Shown: positions 1 to 12,775 of the stretch, in pieces
How positions within the stretch are numbered: the first letter of the stretch is position 1
Layout of the letters: every line of letters begins with the position of its first letter
Origin: Hemiscyllium ocellatum
Lineage: Eukaryota
Length of the DNA: 64,000 nucleotides
Direction: 5' to 3'
NCBI RefSeq assembly: GCF_020745735.1
Contig: NC_083447.1
Span: forward strand, 12,728,035-12,792,034
The notes under the pieces: generated by a model
Databases searched by the model: none
The model's input: only the letters and a program-made list of their open reading frames with translations
Told to the model about the DNA's origin: nothing
Position numbers and translations under genes: made by a program

Positions 1-129
1 AATTAATCTATAAATTTCAAGAGGAACACCCATTCACAGCATGGGCATGAGGTCAGCATTTCAAGGCCCTTCCCATGCCAAATCTGTGGTCTGTCCTGAC
101 TTATTTAATGTAGCAGAGTTTGAGGAGGT

Positions 130-640
130 AAGAACATTGCAGATAGGATGAGGAAGAGGTCACTTGGCCCATCGAGTCCTCTCTACCCTTCAATAAGATC
201 ATAGCTGATCTGGTTGTGGTTTCAGCTCCACCTTCCTGTCTGTATCCCCACCATAACCCTTGCCTTCATTGTCTATCACAAATCTTTCTCAGCCTTGAAT
301 AAATTCAATGACACAGCCTCCACTGCTGTCCGGGGAAGAGAGTTCCACAGACAGACAATCCTCTGATGCAAAGGAATCTCTCCTCATCTTCATTTTAAAA
401 GTGAGGGCCTCTTCTTTGTAAACGGTTATTCCTTTGTTCCAGTCTCTCCCACGAAGGGATCCTCTCAACGTCCATCCTAGCGAGTCTCCTCAGGGTCATC
501 GCGCTCTTTGAAACTCCATCAGATAAAGGTCCAATCTGCAAACCTTTTCCACAAGATAATCCCTTCATCCTGAGACTGAGCTGAGAGAACTTCCTCTGCA
601 CTGCTTCTAACACAACGATATTCTTTTCCAAATAAACATA
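130..640 (-). mobile_element. CR1-type LINE 3' fragment
   Basis: LEAVQRKFSQL RT C-terminal motif plus CR1-like 3' UTR. Confidence 0.7.
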
Positions 641-960
641 AGCAAATAACACACAAACACTTTGCCTTTCAAACCATCCGAAACACTTTACAAGCAGCCA
701 GTGAAGCCATATTTGGCAGGTACTCGCTGTTGTGATGCAGAACCTGGAGCAATTGATTTGTGCAAGATCCCAACAAACAGCAAAGTGAGAAACAACTTTA
801 GGGATGTCAGTTGATGGATAAATATTGCTCAGGATAATTCTGTTTCACTTCACTTCCCCAAATTTGTACAGTTTGACAATCAGCTGAAATGGGGCCTTCA
901 GTTTGATGCATCAACCAAAGGGCAGCACCTCTGACAATGCAGTACTAGAGTGTCATACTG

Positions 961-1263
961 GATTAGATTAGATTACTTACAGTGGGGAAACAGGCCCTTC
1001 GGCCCAACAAGTCCACACCGACCCGCCGAAGCGCAACCCACCCATACCCCTAACCTAACCCTACGGGCAATTTAGCGTGGCCAATTCACCCTGACCCGCA
1101 CATCTTTGGACTGTGGGAGGAAACCGGAGCACCTGGAAGAAACCCACGCAGACACGGGGAGAACGTGCAAACTCCACACAGTCAGTCGCCTGAGGCGGGA
1201 ATTGAACCCGGGTCTCAGGCACTGTGAGGCAGCAGTGCTAACCACTGTGCCACCGTGCCGCCC
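961..1263 (-). mobile_element. HE1-like V-SINE, full length
   Basis: tRNA-like head GGCGGCACGGTGGCACAGTGGTTAGCAC...GGTTCAATTCC, V-domain TGTGGAGTTTGCACGTTCTCCCCGTGTCTGCGTGGGTTTC, (TAATC)n tail. Confidence 0.85.
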
Positions 1264-2564
1264 AATCCTGGACCCAATGTTGAAAGCACTACCCAACCAA
1301 GGAGGCAGCGGGGGGGGGGAAGGAATTCCATTTCCATTCTGTGCCCTGGGACTAGGAGAAGAAAGAAAAAAATCTGCCAGAGCTGTATAACCAGTTCTGG
1401 GCAAGCTGTGCGCATGGATGTTTCATGGAGAAAGGTGCAGACTCAGTTTTTGTGTCTGACGGAGGGGCCCTTGTGGCGGAGCAAAGTGTCCATGCCTCTG
1501 AGCCAAGAGGCCCTCGGTTTAAACCCCACCTGCCCTTGAAGTACATAATACCCATCTCTGAGAAGATTGCTTAGGAAATATCTATATGGTAGTTTGCATA
1601 CATTTTTAAAGCAAAATAAATAGCAGAAGAAGCCAAGGGACTCTTAGGGAAATCACAGGTAAATATGAATAGATAGGTCAGCCAAGATCTCATCAAATAA
1701 CAGAGCAGACCTGAGGCACTGCTGGACCAATTCCTGCTCCCAAATCTTAAATGGGCAAGATGCCAGAAAGGCAGGTGGAATCGTAACCAAGCAAGTGTGT
1801 GTGCTCAGACAACAGATGAGGAAATCGGTAGGGGAAAGCTCCCTGATCATTAAGGAACAGTCAGCGTGGATGGTCTGAATTCTTGGGGAACTCCTCATTG
1901 TGAGTGGGCAGAATATCAAGCAGCATGAATTCCTTCAAGCGCTGAACTGTAATCTCCTCACGGACTGTCTTTGTTTCAGCAAATCCATCCACAAACATCC
2001 TCCAGTTAATTCAGATAATGTGACTCATCAGTGACTTCAAAGCAACTTTGGAATTTGCAGGACAAGGTCAACCTAGCTGCTGTTCTCCCGTACTGATGGC
2101 CACGTGATAAACGGCTCAGTGATCATACAATTTAGCAATCAGTCGACAAAAAACAGAAGACGTGAGGTGGGAAAAGTCCCAGTGGAGGGGAACGTTTGGG
2201 AAAGTTCGGTCCAAAATTACCTGTTTCTCCTCTGTGCACTCTACACAAATTACACAAATACTGTGTCCCAAAGTATTTCCCACGAAAATAAGGTGTTAAA
2301 CTAGGATTAACACAGCCAATGCAGGAAAAACCTGCAGCTCTGGCCATGTCTTGTGGCTCAGTTCTGAAGAATGACATCAGCCTTGAAATATTAACTCTAT
2401 TTCTCACTCCACAGATACTGCCAGACCTGCTGAGTTTCTCCAGCTATTTTTAAATTTAGGTCTCCAGCATCTGTGTTAATTTAACTATGATCCTATCTAA
2501 ACTTCCAGTTTTATGGATGAGGGAGAATGAGTAGGGATATTCACTCTACACTCCTCTACTAAGC

Positions 2565-2895
2565 GTTAGCATTGCTGCCTCACAGCGCCAGGGACCTGGG
2601 TTCAATTCCAGTCTCAGGCGACTATTTGTGTGGAGTTTGCACATTCTCCCCGTGTCTGCGTGGGTTTCCTCCAGGTTCTCTAACTTCCTCCCACAGTCCA
2701 AAGATGTGCAGGTTAAGGTGGATTGGCCATGCTAAATTGCCCATGGTGTTCAGGGTTGTGCAAGTTAGGTGGTTCAGCCATGAGAAATGTAGGGATACAG
2801 GGATAGAGTAGGAGAATGGGTCTGGGTGGGATGCTGTCCAGAGAGTCTGTGTTGATTTGTTGTGCCAAATAGCCTGTTTCTACACTGCAGGGATA
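2565..2895 (+). mobile_element. HE1-like V-SINE
   Basis: Same head and V-domain consensus as the other copies. Confidence 0.8.
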
Positions 2896-2949
2896 CTGTC
2901 CTCTGGTCAATCACAACTCATGTGGTCCTCTATTACATTTGCTGCTTGA

Positions 2950-3262
2950 TTTGATTAGATTCAGTACAGTGTGCAAACAGGCCCTTTGGCCCAACCAGTC
3001 TACACCGACTCTCCGAAGAGTAACCCACCCAGACCCATTTCCCTCAGACTAATGCTCTAACACTATGGGCAATTTAGCATGGCCAATTGACCTGACCTGC
3101 TCATCTTTGGACTGTGGGAGGAAACCGGAGCACCCGGAGGAAACCCACCCAGACACGGGGAGAATGTGCAAACTCCACACAGACAGTTGCCCCAAGGCTG
3201 GAATCGAACCTGGGACCCTGGTGCTGTGAGGCAGCAGTGCTAACCACTGATCCACCATGCCG
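2950..3262 (-). mobile_element. HE1-like V-SINE
   Basis: Reverse-strand copy of the same consensus. Confidence 0.82.
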
Positions 3263-3424
3263 CTTTTGGGATCTTATTGTGCATTTTTTAAAATTAAAAT
3301 TTTTGAAAAACAAAAAATAGGGTACACAATTCTAAAGGGCTTGCAAGGACAAAGAGATCTGGCTGTATATGTGCAGAGATCATTCTCAAGACAGGATAGT
3401 GTTCTCAAATAAATTCAAAATCTA

Positions 3425-3740
3425 GGAGGTGGTATGATGGCTCAATGGTTAGTACTGCTGTCTCACAGCGCCAGGGATCTGGGTTCAATTCCAGCTTTTG
3501 TGTAGAGTATACACATTCTCCCCGTATCTGTGTGGCTTTCCTCTGGGTGCTCCGATTTCCTCCCACAGTCCAAAGATGTACAGGTTAGATGGAGAGCCAT
3601 GCTAAATTACCCATAGTATCCAGGCTAGGTGGATTAGCCATGGGAAATGAAGAGTTACAGGGTTGGGTGATGTGAGTGGAATACTCTTCAAAGAATCAAT
3701 AGGCTGAATAGCCTGCTTCCACACTGCAGAGATTCTGTGA
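3425..3740 (+). mobile_element. HE1-like V-SINE (diverged)
   Basis: Head, V-domain and tail recognisable. Confidence 0.75.
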
Positions 3741-3894
3741 TTCAAAATACTTAGGATGCTGGAAATTTGAAACAAACACAGAGTACACCAGACAAACTCA
3801 GCAGATCTGGTAATATCTGTGGAGAGAAATCCAGTTAACGTTTTGAGTTGCATATGATTGTTCTTCAGTACTATGGTGTTCTCAGCTCACTCAC

Positions 3895-4470
3895 AGGGAC
3901 ATAGAGTATAATAGCAAGGAGATGATGTTGAACTTGTAAAAGATCCTCATTAGTCCTCATTAGCTGGAATATTGTGCACAGTTGCGGATGCCGCAGTATG
4001 AGAAAGATGTGAATACATTGGACAAAGTGCAGAAGAGGTTTACAAGAATGGTTCCAGGAACAGGAAGCTTCAGTTATGAAGATACATTGAAGAAATTGGG
4101 ACTGTTGGAGAGAAGATAGAGGAATTTCAACAGAATTTTTCAAAATCATTAGCTGGACAGAGTAGAGAAGGAGATGTTACCACTCATAAAAGGAAAATAA
4201 ATGAGACAGCATAGATTTAAAGTAATGTGCAAACAAAACAAGGATGATGTGAAAAACTCCTTTTCCACTCAGCCAGTAGTTAGGGTTTGGAATGCATTGC
4301 CTGGAAATGTGGTGTAGGCAGATTTAATTGAGGCATTCAAGGCAGCATTGGATGATAACTTGAATAGAAATGGTATTCAGGGATATGGGAAAAAGGCAGG
4401 AAATTGGCATGAGGTATCAGAATCAGTGCAGACACAATGGGCTGCATGGCCTCCTTCATTGTCATAACTG
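3895..4470 (+). mobile_element. CR1-type LINE 3' fragment
   Basis: Decayed LEYCAQ...KVQKRFTRMVPG and ...VRVWNALPG motifs. Confidence 0.72.
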
Positions 4471-6429
4471 TGCAGATTCCCTGATATTCTAACAGTGGAT
4501 GTTCTTCTAAAAAGCCTTTTGACTCAGGAGCACTTTGGGACAGCCGAGCGTCATGGCAGGCGCTATGTTAACTCCATATCTGGCTAACTCCATGTCTGTT
4601 GGGAATATAGAAATGGGAATCAAAGTGGAGTTGAGGTAGATTGTTACAGAATAGCGGAGGAGGTCGAGTGGCCTACTCCAGTTCCTGAGACCCCCATCTT
4701 TTTCTCACACAATGAACCCAGGTTTAGTGCAATATCCACCTGGCTTGTGTCTGTGAGAAATAAAACACTGAGCCACCCATTATTACCCCAGGCAGTTTCA
4801 AATATGATCGAAATGTTTGGGTTTTGAGGAACATCTTAACAGAGGAGAAGCTGTGCTGTTTATGGAGCATGGGGCCAAGGACATGGTAATCTAACAGAAA
4901 TAAATGTATAAAAGCACAGAGTCCGAGGAACAAAGAATGTGGGATGTAGGTTGTTACAGAATTAACTGACGGCTACATAGAATCAGAATTACTTGCCTCA
5001 TCTTGCTTCTGGAGTCATTCTGGACTCGGAAGATTAACTCACAGAATCAACCAGACCTGCTGAGTTTCTCCAGCATTCTCTGTGTTTGTATCAGAACCAT
5101 TTATTTGGGGAAGGATTAACAGCCCATTGAACCACATCATAAACACTCCTTCCATGAGCAACAAGTCCAGCTGTGGAATTTCAAACCCAGAGCTTCAAAC
5201 CCAGACGGTGGGATGCTACTTCTGTACCACCAGACCGCCCCGGCACGGTTATGTTACTTGGAGTGGCACACGTCTGCCTGCTCCCACACTGCACTGAGTC
5301 TGTGGGGGAAACAGGTTGTGGAGAGGAGGGGTGACTGGAATGTAGGGGTCTGTGCTGCTGGAATGGGGCTTCACCCTGAAACACAACTCAGCCTTACCGA
5401 CAAAACTGATCAGTCACACAAACTGAATTAGAAGTCACTGAGTCGGGAAGACTGACTGACACCCGTTATCAGACAGTTCCAATACAAATACCCAATCAAG
5501 AAGAATTGGCAAGCATGATGAGTCGGGGAGGAAATGTCATCAAAGGGGAATAAGATTCACTTCAAATTCTTATTTTTGTGTTTGAATCCCTCTGGGCTGT
5601 CATCCCTTCTCATCTTCAGTCCTGCAGTCTTTCTCCAATCCTTGCCTCTTACCTAAATTCCATCAACCCTCATTGATGAGTAATCCTTCATCTGCCTAGG
5701 CCCCAAGCTCCACAATTCCCACCTAGCCATCTCTGACTACTGGGCATTCTCTGCTATTTTAAGAAACTTCTTAATACCCACCACGTGCCTAAATTATAAC
5801 ACTTCAAAAATTGAATATTGTTGAAAAGAGACACATTTTATCAAAACATTTGTCTTACGCTCATCAGGATACTCAGCAAGAATATCAATTCAAGAGGAAA
5901 ACCAACATTTGTATTGCACAAGAGTTCTGTACTACTAAATGACTACTTCAAAAAATAGTTTGTTGTGTGCAACACCTTGTAAAACCCTGTAATTGTGAAA
6001 GATACTACTTAAATGCAGAGGTATTTCTTTCAAGCTTTGATCACTGCTGCCATATCTTCTTTTAAGTATCAGTGTCAAATTTGGTCTGATTATGCTTCAG
6101 TGAAGATTTGATTCCATTAGAGAAACATCAAAGGACGACTGGTGCGCCAAAAACGTTGAACCAGCTTTGTTACGTAAACTTTCATGGCATAAATGATCTC
6201 AGCCCAGGCTTTGTGCCAGTGTCGATGGCTCTAGATATGACTGGGGGTGGATAAACGGAATGGGGGTTAGGTGGAGCAGGCAGGTTGGGGTTTTTAACAG
6301 AGATAAAGCTCTTCCTCTAAATATCACAAAGTAAAAAGCTGTGGGGGCTGTGAGGAGAAAATTAACATTGTCTGTGCTTCAAGTGTGATAGAGAGAAAGG
6401 TGGTAGCTTCGAAGGTGAGACAAAGAGGT

Positions 6430-6900
6430 AGGGAATTATCAGACAATGGAGAATCCCATTAATCAGGGTTAGATACAGAGCAAAGCTCTACTATTTTAAA
6501 TTGAAAGTAAAGCTCCCTGTATTTCTTTTTAAAAGGCTCTGTAAAATAATACAAATTAACAGTTAACGGAAACTTATACAAGGAAGTGGAAACTTACTAA
6601 ATTGAAGTATCCTCTGCTTTTTTTAAAACAGAAAATAAAGCTTCCTCTAAACGTTCCCCATCAAACAATCTTAGGATAGGTACAGGACAGGGTTAGATAC
6701 AGAATAAAGGTTCCTCTACACTGTCCACTTCAAACACTCTCAGGTATAGCTACAATGTTGAGCTTTCTCTACATTGTCACTGTCAAACATCCCAGGGAAG
6801 TACAGCATGGGGTTACATGCAAAATAAAGCTCTCTCTGCAATGAGTCATCAAACTCTCAGAGAGGGAATATAGCATGGGTCAGACTAACACTACTCTCTC
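6430..6900 (+). repeat. Degenerate ~68-bp tandem repeat (GGACAGGTACAGCA..GGGTTAGATACAGAGTAAAGCTCCCTCTACACTGTCCCCATCAAACACTCCCA)
   Basis: Several diverged units; the same unit occurs at 17270-17820 (+), 14480-14740 (-), 15435-15475 and 32110-32500 (-). Confidence 0.72.
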
Positions 6901-9310
6901 CCCACAGATCCATATCAAATTAATGATGTTTCCCACAAACACTGATTAAAAACTCAGGCAAACACTACTACACGTACATATAAACATGATGGCACTCACA
7001 AACCTAAGCAGTGACCATGCAAATTGGATACTGGACCTGCATGCAAGCACCAAACCCCAGAAAACTCAGAAAAGCTTGCAAAAACACTAACACGTCCATA
7101 TAAAAACAGAAATTTCTAAATGCCAGTCATGCCCGCATACCATCACCAGCTGCAGGATTCAGTTACAGTTCACTTGGAGCAGTTGCTGAATGTTTGGAAT
7201 GTCATACCTTATGTACACAAATACATTTCATAAGATCATCGCTGATTGTCCCAAGCTGTTCGATGTAATGCATGTATATACAAAACAAAACATCCTCATC
7301 CGAGGCAGCTGCCATTCCAAATTCCATAGAAAAACAGCAGATCGACAGTTCACAATTTTAAAGTAGTGCACCTATATTTGAATACCTCCACAGCGTCATC
7401 TCTGTCTCTCCATCTGTAACCTCCTCCAACCTTACAATTTTCCCAGATTTCTGCAATCCTCCAACTTAAAACTTGCTCTCACCCTTAACCTTCCATTCAG
7501 CCCTCACCTATCAGTAGTCGCAAGCTCTGAACTTTCCTCCTTAAACCACTCCATCTCTCCTCTTTAAGACTCTTTAAAACCTACCCCAAAGTTTTAGACA
7601 TTTTCCCTTATATATCCTGATGTGTCTTGGTGTCAGGCGTATATAAACACAATACAAATTCTTTTTTGAGAGCAGATACCCCGAATTGCCAAATTACGGG
7701 CCAGGTCTGAAATAGCTCTGCCACCTTTATCTGACCATTCAGCCCAGAGATGCCATGGGCAGTGGGAAAAGATACACTCTCATCCTACCCACTGACTGTA
7801 TTTATACCAAACAGCCAGAATTTTTCACCATCAGCATTTCACAGATGTGACTAAGTGCAATCCTTCCTGTTTCCTAACAACTAGCTCCTCCTAATATGCT
7901 TCTGCGTCCTGTTTCATCCCTCACTAACCAATAAAACACAGCAAAGGGCTCAGCCAATCCAAGTTCTGGGACAGTGGATTGCACTCCCAATGGATTAGTC
8001 AAGATTTTCGATGCATTAAACAGGAAGCTAAAGCAATAATCACTGGAGAAATGAATAGCATATGCTGATGGGGTCAGATGATGAGGGGCAAAAACATTGG
8101 CGTGAACCTGATGGGCAGAATGGCTAATTTCTCAGCTATAATTTGTAAATGTGTTTCATTTCTCTCACCAATCACTGGAGATGTGGGAGTACCTCAGTCT
8201 AAAAACAGATTTAGACTGTTTAAAATAGGAGTCATTTAAAATACTCGATTTAGTGCAGGGGAGTTGTGTCACTCTCTGAACCATAAGAACGAGCTTCATC
8301 TTGTGTGGTGGGCGGGATGTACTATCATAAGGCTGCTTTATAAATGCAAGTTCTTGTTGCTGTTAGAAAAAAACCAGTTCAATTTTCCCTAACATTTTAT
8401 ATGCAAAAGGAACCATAGGATGTTCCAAAATACTTTACAGGCAGTAAAGGACTTATGACGTCTTAACTCAGCATCTAATTTGGACACAACAAACTCCCAC
8501 AAACTGTAATATAATAATGGCTAGGTCATTTTTTTTTAAAAGTGAGCAGTATTGATTAAAGGGTAAATATTGCTTAGTATTCCAGAGAAGAACCTCCCCT
8601 CTGCTCTTATTCAAAATGGCCCCTCGGGCATTTTCCCAAAGGGCAGACTGGGATTCCGTTTAATGCCTCATCCAAAAGATGACACCTCTGACATCATTAT
8701 CCTCGGCTTTTGTCCTCAAGTGGGACATAATCCCACAAATGTTCAGGACTAGAGCAGATAGGTGATAGACGGACATGATGGGCTAAGAGCTTCTTTCTCT
8801 GCTGTGAAACTCAATGGCTCTCTGGTCCCTGGCTAAGGGTCATTGCTGAGTCACAGCTGATACTTGACATCTGGCACCAAAATTCTGGGCAATTTACTTA
8901 AGTTGTTTGAGAATTCCCAGTGGAGCGATATTGGAAGTTGAAACTGGCAACTGAACACTCACAGCAGAAACTGCAGGTGCATGTCTCGGGAATTACTGAT
9001 AATGTGAATGCCTAGGGCTCATTGCCAGTACCACAGATCCAGAAAAAAAACCCCAACCTGTCAAATCATATCACCTTTTTGCAAGCGGTGGTTGGATATT
9101 TTAAGCCCTGGGCTCAAACAAATATTGATCCCTGCAGATTTCGAACAACACTGCTAATTTCGATAGGTTTCAGTTTGATTGCAAACTGGTAGGTAAATGG
9201 TGGCACAGTGGTAATGTTGCTGGACTAATAATCTAAAGCCCATTCCGCCCCCAGCAAATTCTCCGGGAGAAATGTTGGTTTAAATCCTGCCAAGGTAGCT
9301 GGTGGCAATG

Positions 9311-11350
9311 GAGGAGAAAGTGGGGACTGCAGATGCTGGAGATCACAGTCAAGAGTGTGGTGCTGGAAAAGCACAGGTCAGGCAGCATCTAAGGAGCAGG
9401 AGAACTAACGTTTCATGCATAAGCCCTTCATCAGGAATGAGGCTTGTGGGCTTGGGCGGGGGGAGCTAGGGAGAAGGTGGCTGAGATTGCTATAGGTAGA
9501 TGGTGGAGGGTGGCAAGGTGATAGGTTGGAGAGGAGGGTGGAGCAGATAGATGGGAGGTCAAGAGATGGAGGCATCGAGTTGGAGGCTTGGAACTGGGAT
9601 AAGGTGGGAGAAGGGAAAATGAGGAAACTGGTGAAATTCACATGAATCCTGTGTGGTTGCAAGGTTCCAAGGCGGAGGATGAGATGTTCTTCCTCCAGGC
9701 ATCTGGTAGTAGGGTTCGGCAATCGAGGAGGCCCAGGATCTGCGTCCTTGTTGGAGTGGGAGGGGGAGTTGAAGTGTTCAACCAGGGGGGTGTGGGGTTA
9801 GTTGGTGCTGGTGTCCCGGAGATGTTCCTGGAAATGATCTGCACATTGGCGTCCTGTCTCCCCAGTGTAGAGGAGACCACATTGAGTGCAACGGATACAG
9901 TAGATGGCATTAGTGGAGGTACAGGTAAATTTCTGTCAGATGTGGAAGGATCCTTTGAGGCCTTGGACAGAGGTGAGGTGGGAGGTGTGGGCGCAAGTTT
10001 TACAATTCCTGCGGTGGCAAAGGAAGGTGCCTGGAATGGGGTGAGGGCTGGTGGGGGGCATGAATCTGACAAGGGAGTTGTGGAGGGAATGGTCCCTCCG
10101 AAACACTGATAGGAGTGGTGAGGGAAATATGGGCCTGGTAGTGGGATCTGTTTGTAGTTGGCAGAAGATGATGCAATGTATACGGAGGTTGGTGGGGTGG
10201 AAGGTGAGGACCGGGGCGTTCTGGCCTTGTTGCATTGGGAGGGGTGGGGTTCAAGAGGGATGAGGTGCGGGAAGTGGAGGAAATGTGCTGGAGGGCATCA
10301 ATCACATGGGAGGGGAAATTGTGGTTTTCTGGGATTTGCTATGGTGGAATTGGTCATCCTGGGAATAGATGCAGCGGAGATGGGAGAATTGGGAATAAGG
10401 GATGGCTTTTTACAGGAGGCAGGATGGGAGGAGGTATAGTCCAGGTAGCTGTGGGAGTTGGTGGGTTTGCAGTAGACGTTCATGGTTAATCAATTGCCAG
10501 AGATGGAGATGGAGAGGTCCAGAAAGGGGAGGGAGGTGTCCAAGATGGTCCAGGTGTATTTGAGGTCAGGGTGAAAGGTGTTAGTGAAGTTGATGAATTG
10601 TTCAACCTCCTTGTGGGAGCATAAGGTAATGCTGATACAGTCACTGATGTAGTGGAGAAAAAGGTGAGGGATGGTGCCAGTGTAGTTGCGAAGATAGATT
10701 GTTCCATGTACCCGAAAAAGAGGCAGGCATATCTGGGGCCCATGTGGGTGCCCAAGGCTACCCCTTTGGTTTGGAGGAAGTCGCAAGATTAGAAGGAGAA
10801 GTTGTTCAGGGTGAAGACCATTTCAGTCAGGAGGATGAGGGTGTTGGTAGAAGGGTACTGGTTTGGACGGCGTGAAAGGAAGAAATTCATCATGGCAGAT
10901 CGATGTGTACAGGGACTGGATGTCCATGGTGAAGATAAGGTGTAGGGGGCTGGGGAAATGAAAGTCTTGGTGAAGGACATAGGTGGTGTCCCAAACATAG
11001 GTGGGGAGTTCCTGGACTAAGGTGGACAGGACAGTGTCAAAGTAGGCAGAGATGAGTTCAGTGGGACAGGAGCAGGCTGAGACAATGGGTCAACTGGGGA
11101 AGTCAGGTTTGTGAACCTTTGTTAGGAGGTAGAATTGGGTGGTGTGAGGTTCACGGACAATGAGGTTGGAGGCTTTGGATGGGGGATCTCCAGAGGTGAT
11201 GAAGTTGTGGATGATCTGGCAGGTGATGGGAAATGAGGTCGTGGTTGAGGAGGCAATAGGAGGAGGTGTCTGTGAGTTGGTGCCTGGCTTCAGCAGTGTA
11301 GAAGTCAGTGGGCCAAACTGCCACAGCGCCTCCCTTGTCAGCATTTGAGC
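9311..11350 (-). mobile_element. Decayed, 5'-truncated Penelope-like retroelement (RT + GIY-YIG endonuclease; probably Neptune clade) with a hammerhead-containing 3' end
   Basis: Frameshifted motifs: FYLLTKVHKP, GTHMGPRYACLF, FLHYISD (decayed YIDD), LPFLDL, VYCKPTNSHSYL, CHRRNCKTC linker, NAIYCIRCTQCGLLYTGETGR (GIY-YIG). 3' end reads ATTCCTGATGAAGGGCTTATGCATGAAACGTT...CACTTTCTCC. Confidence 0.9.
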
Positions 11351-12775
11351 CTGCTCTGTCATTCTGTATGACCCTGGTTGATCCAACTTAGTCCCCTTCT
11401 CCTGCTTACTTCACTTCCTCAAGCCCTAAAAATTTCCTTCTTGAAAATATTCAACATTTTGGCTTCAACTGCTTTCTGGGGCAGTGAATTCCACGGGTTC
11501 ACCACTCTCTGGGCGAAGAAATTTCTGACATTTAAATTCAATTAAGGGCTACGGGGAGAACGCTGGTAAGTGGAGTTGAAATGCCCATCAGCCACGATTG
11601 AATGGCGGAGTGGACTCGATGGGCCGAATGGCCTTACTTCCACTCCTATGTCTTATGGTCAATTCATAGATTCTGGAATATAAAGCTAGCCAGGGGCGAC
11701 TTTATAACCATCGTAGATTGTCATAAAGACTCATCTGATTCATTAATGCCCCTTAGGCAAGGCAGTCTGCTGTCCTAACCTGAGCTGGTCTACATGTGAC
11801 TCCATATCAACAGTATTGTGGTTGACTCAGAACAGCCCACTGAAATGTCTAAACAAACTACTTTGTTCAAAAGCAATTTGGGACAGGCAACAAATTCTGG
11901 TTTTACCAGCAAAACTCATACCTTTTTTTTGAAGAAAAGGATTTCTATTATTCTAAGGGAGAATATACTCCCTTTGTTTCTGCAGCCCCAGTCAGTTATG
12001 TAGCAGATGGGAGTTTAGGGGGGGCTGGGTCGCTCAAGGACAATGCCTTTAACAGCCGTGGGCAACTTTCCATTTGAGTCTGTGAAAATTAATGTTCCTT
12101 TTCTGAGATCTGAAGTCGGACTTCACCTCTGTCAGAGAAGTCTGAAGGCGTCCAATGGTGGGAACAGGAGCTGATTTCGGCGAGGGGGAGAGAGGGAATT
12201 GCCAGAGTCATGGAGGGGGTGGGGCGACCTATGCAAAAGCTGAACTGAGAGGAAAAGGGTGGGTGTGGAAGGGATGGGGGGGGAGAAGAGTGTCACCCAC
12301 CGTCCCCTCCCCGGAATCGCTTGCTGCGTCTGGGTTGGAGATAGAGGGATCGGGCTGCGATGCCTCCTGTAGTCGAATAAACGAATGCCATTCGCGCCTG
12401 GGGCCGGCGTAAGGAAATGGGGGTGGGTGGGTTCCGAGCGTACTGTTACCTGTGGCACACGCTCCCAATCTTTCCCCGGGTTACCTGTAGCCTTTTACGT
12501 GCATCATTGTGGTCTCCCAATCCCAAATCAAAAACACACCGCAGATGCTGAAATGGGGCGTGGGGTTGGAAAGGGACGTCAGAAAAGGCTTGAAATACTC
12601 AGCAGGTACTTGGAGAGAATGGAGTTCAAGATGCGCTGTTGCCAGATCTGAATATTGCCAGCATTTGTGTATTTTTTTCTCTCTCTCTCTGAACTCGGTC
12701 TGGTATTTGCCAAGGAGTGGGCGCGAATGTCGATTCTCAGGGGGTGCTGGAATGCTGTGGTTAAGGGGCACTCAC

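Noticed and set aside
1190-1263. tRNA-like A/B boxes at SINE heads
   Set aside because: They continue into the SINE V-domain and tail; they are not standalone tRNA genes.
1072-1404. Recurrent ORFs such as VWSLHVLPVSAWVSS and CGRKPEHPEETH
   Set aside because: Translations of HE1 SINE copies.
7205-7370. Possible TGFB1 exon 2 (donor-like AAG|GTATGA on the minus strand near 7208)
   Set aside because: I could not recognise LAP exon-2 motifs in the translation; exon 2 probably lies left of the window.
12579-12775. ORF extension of TGFB1 beyond GGQG
   Set aside because: Read-through into intron 1 past the consensus GTGAGT donor; TGF-beta similarity stops there.
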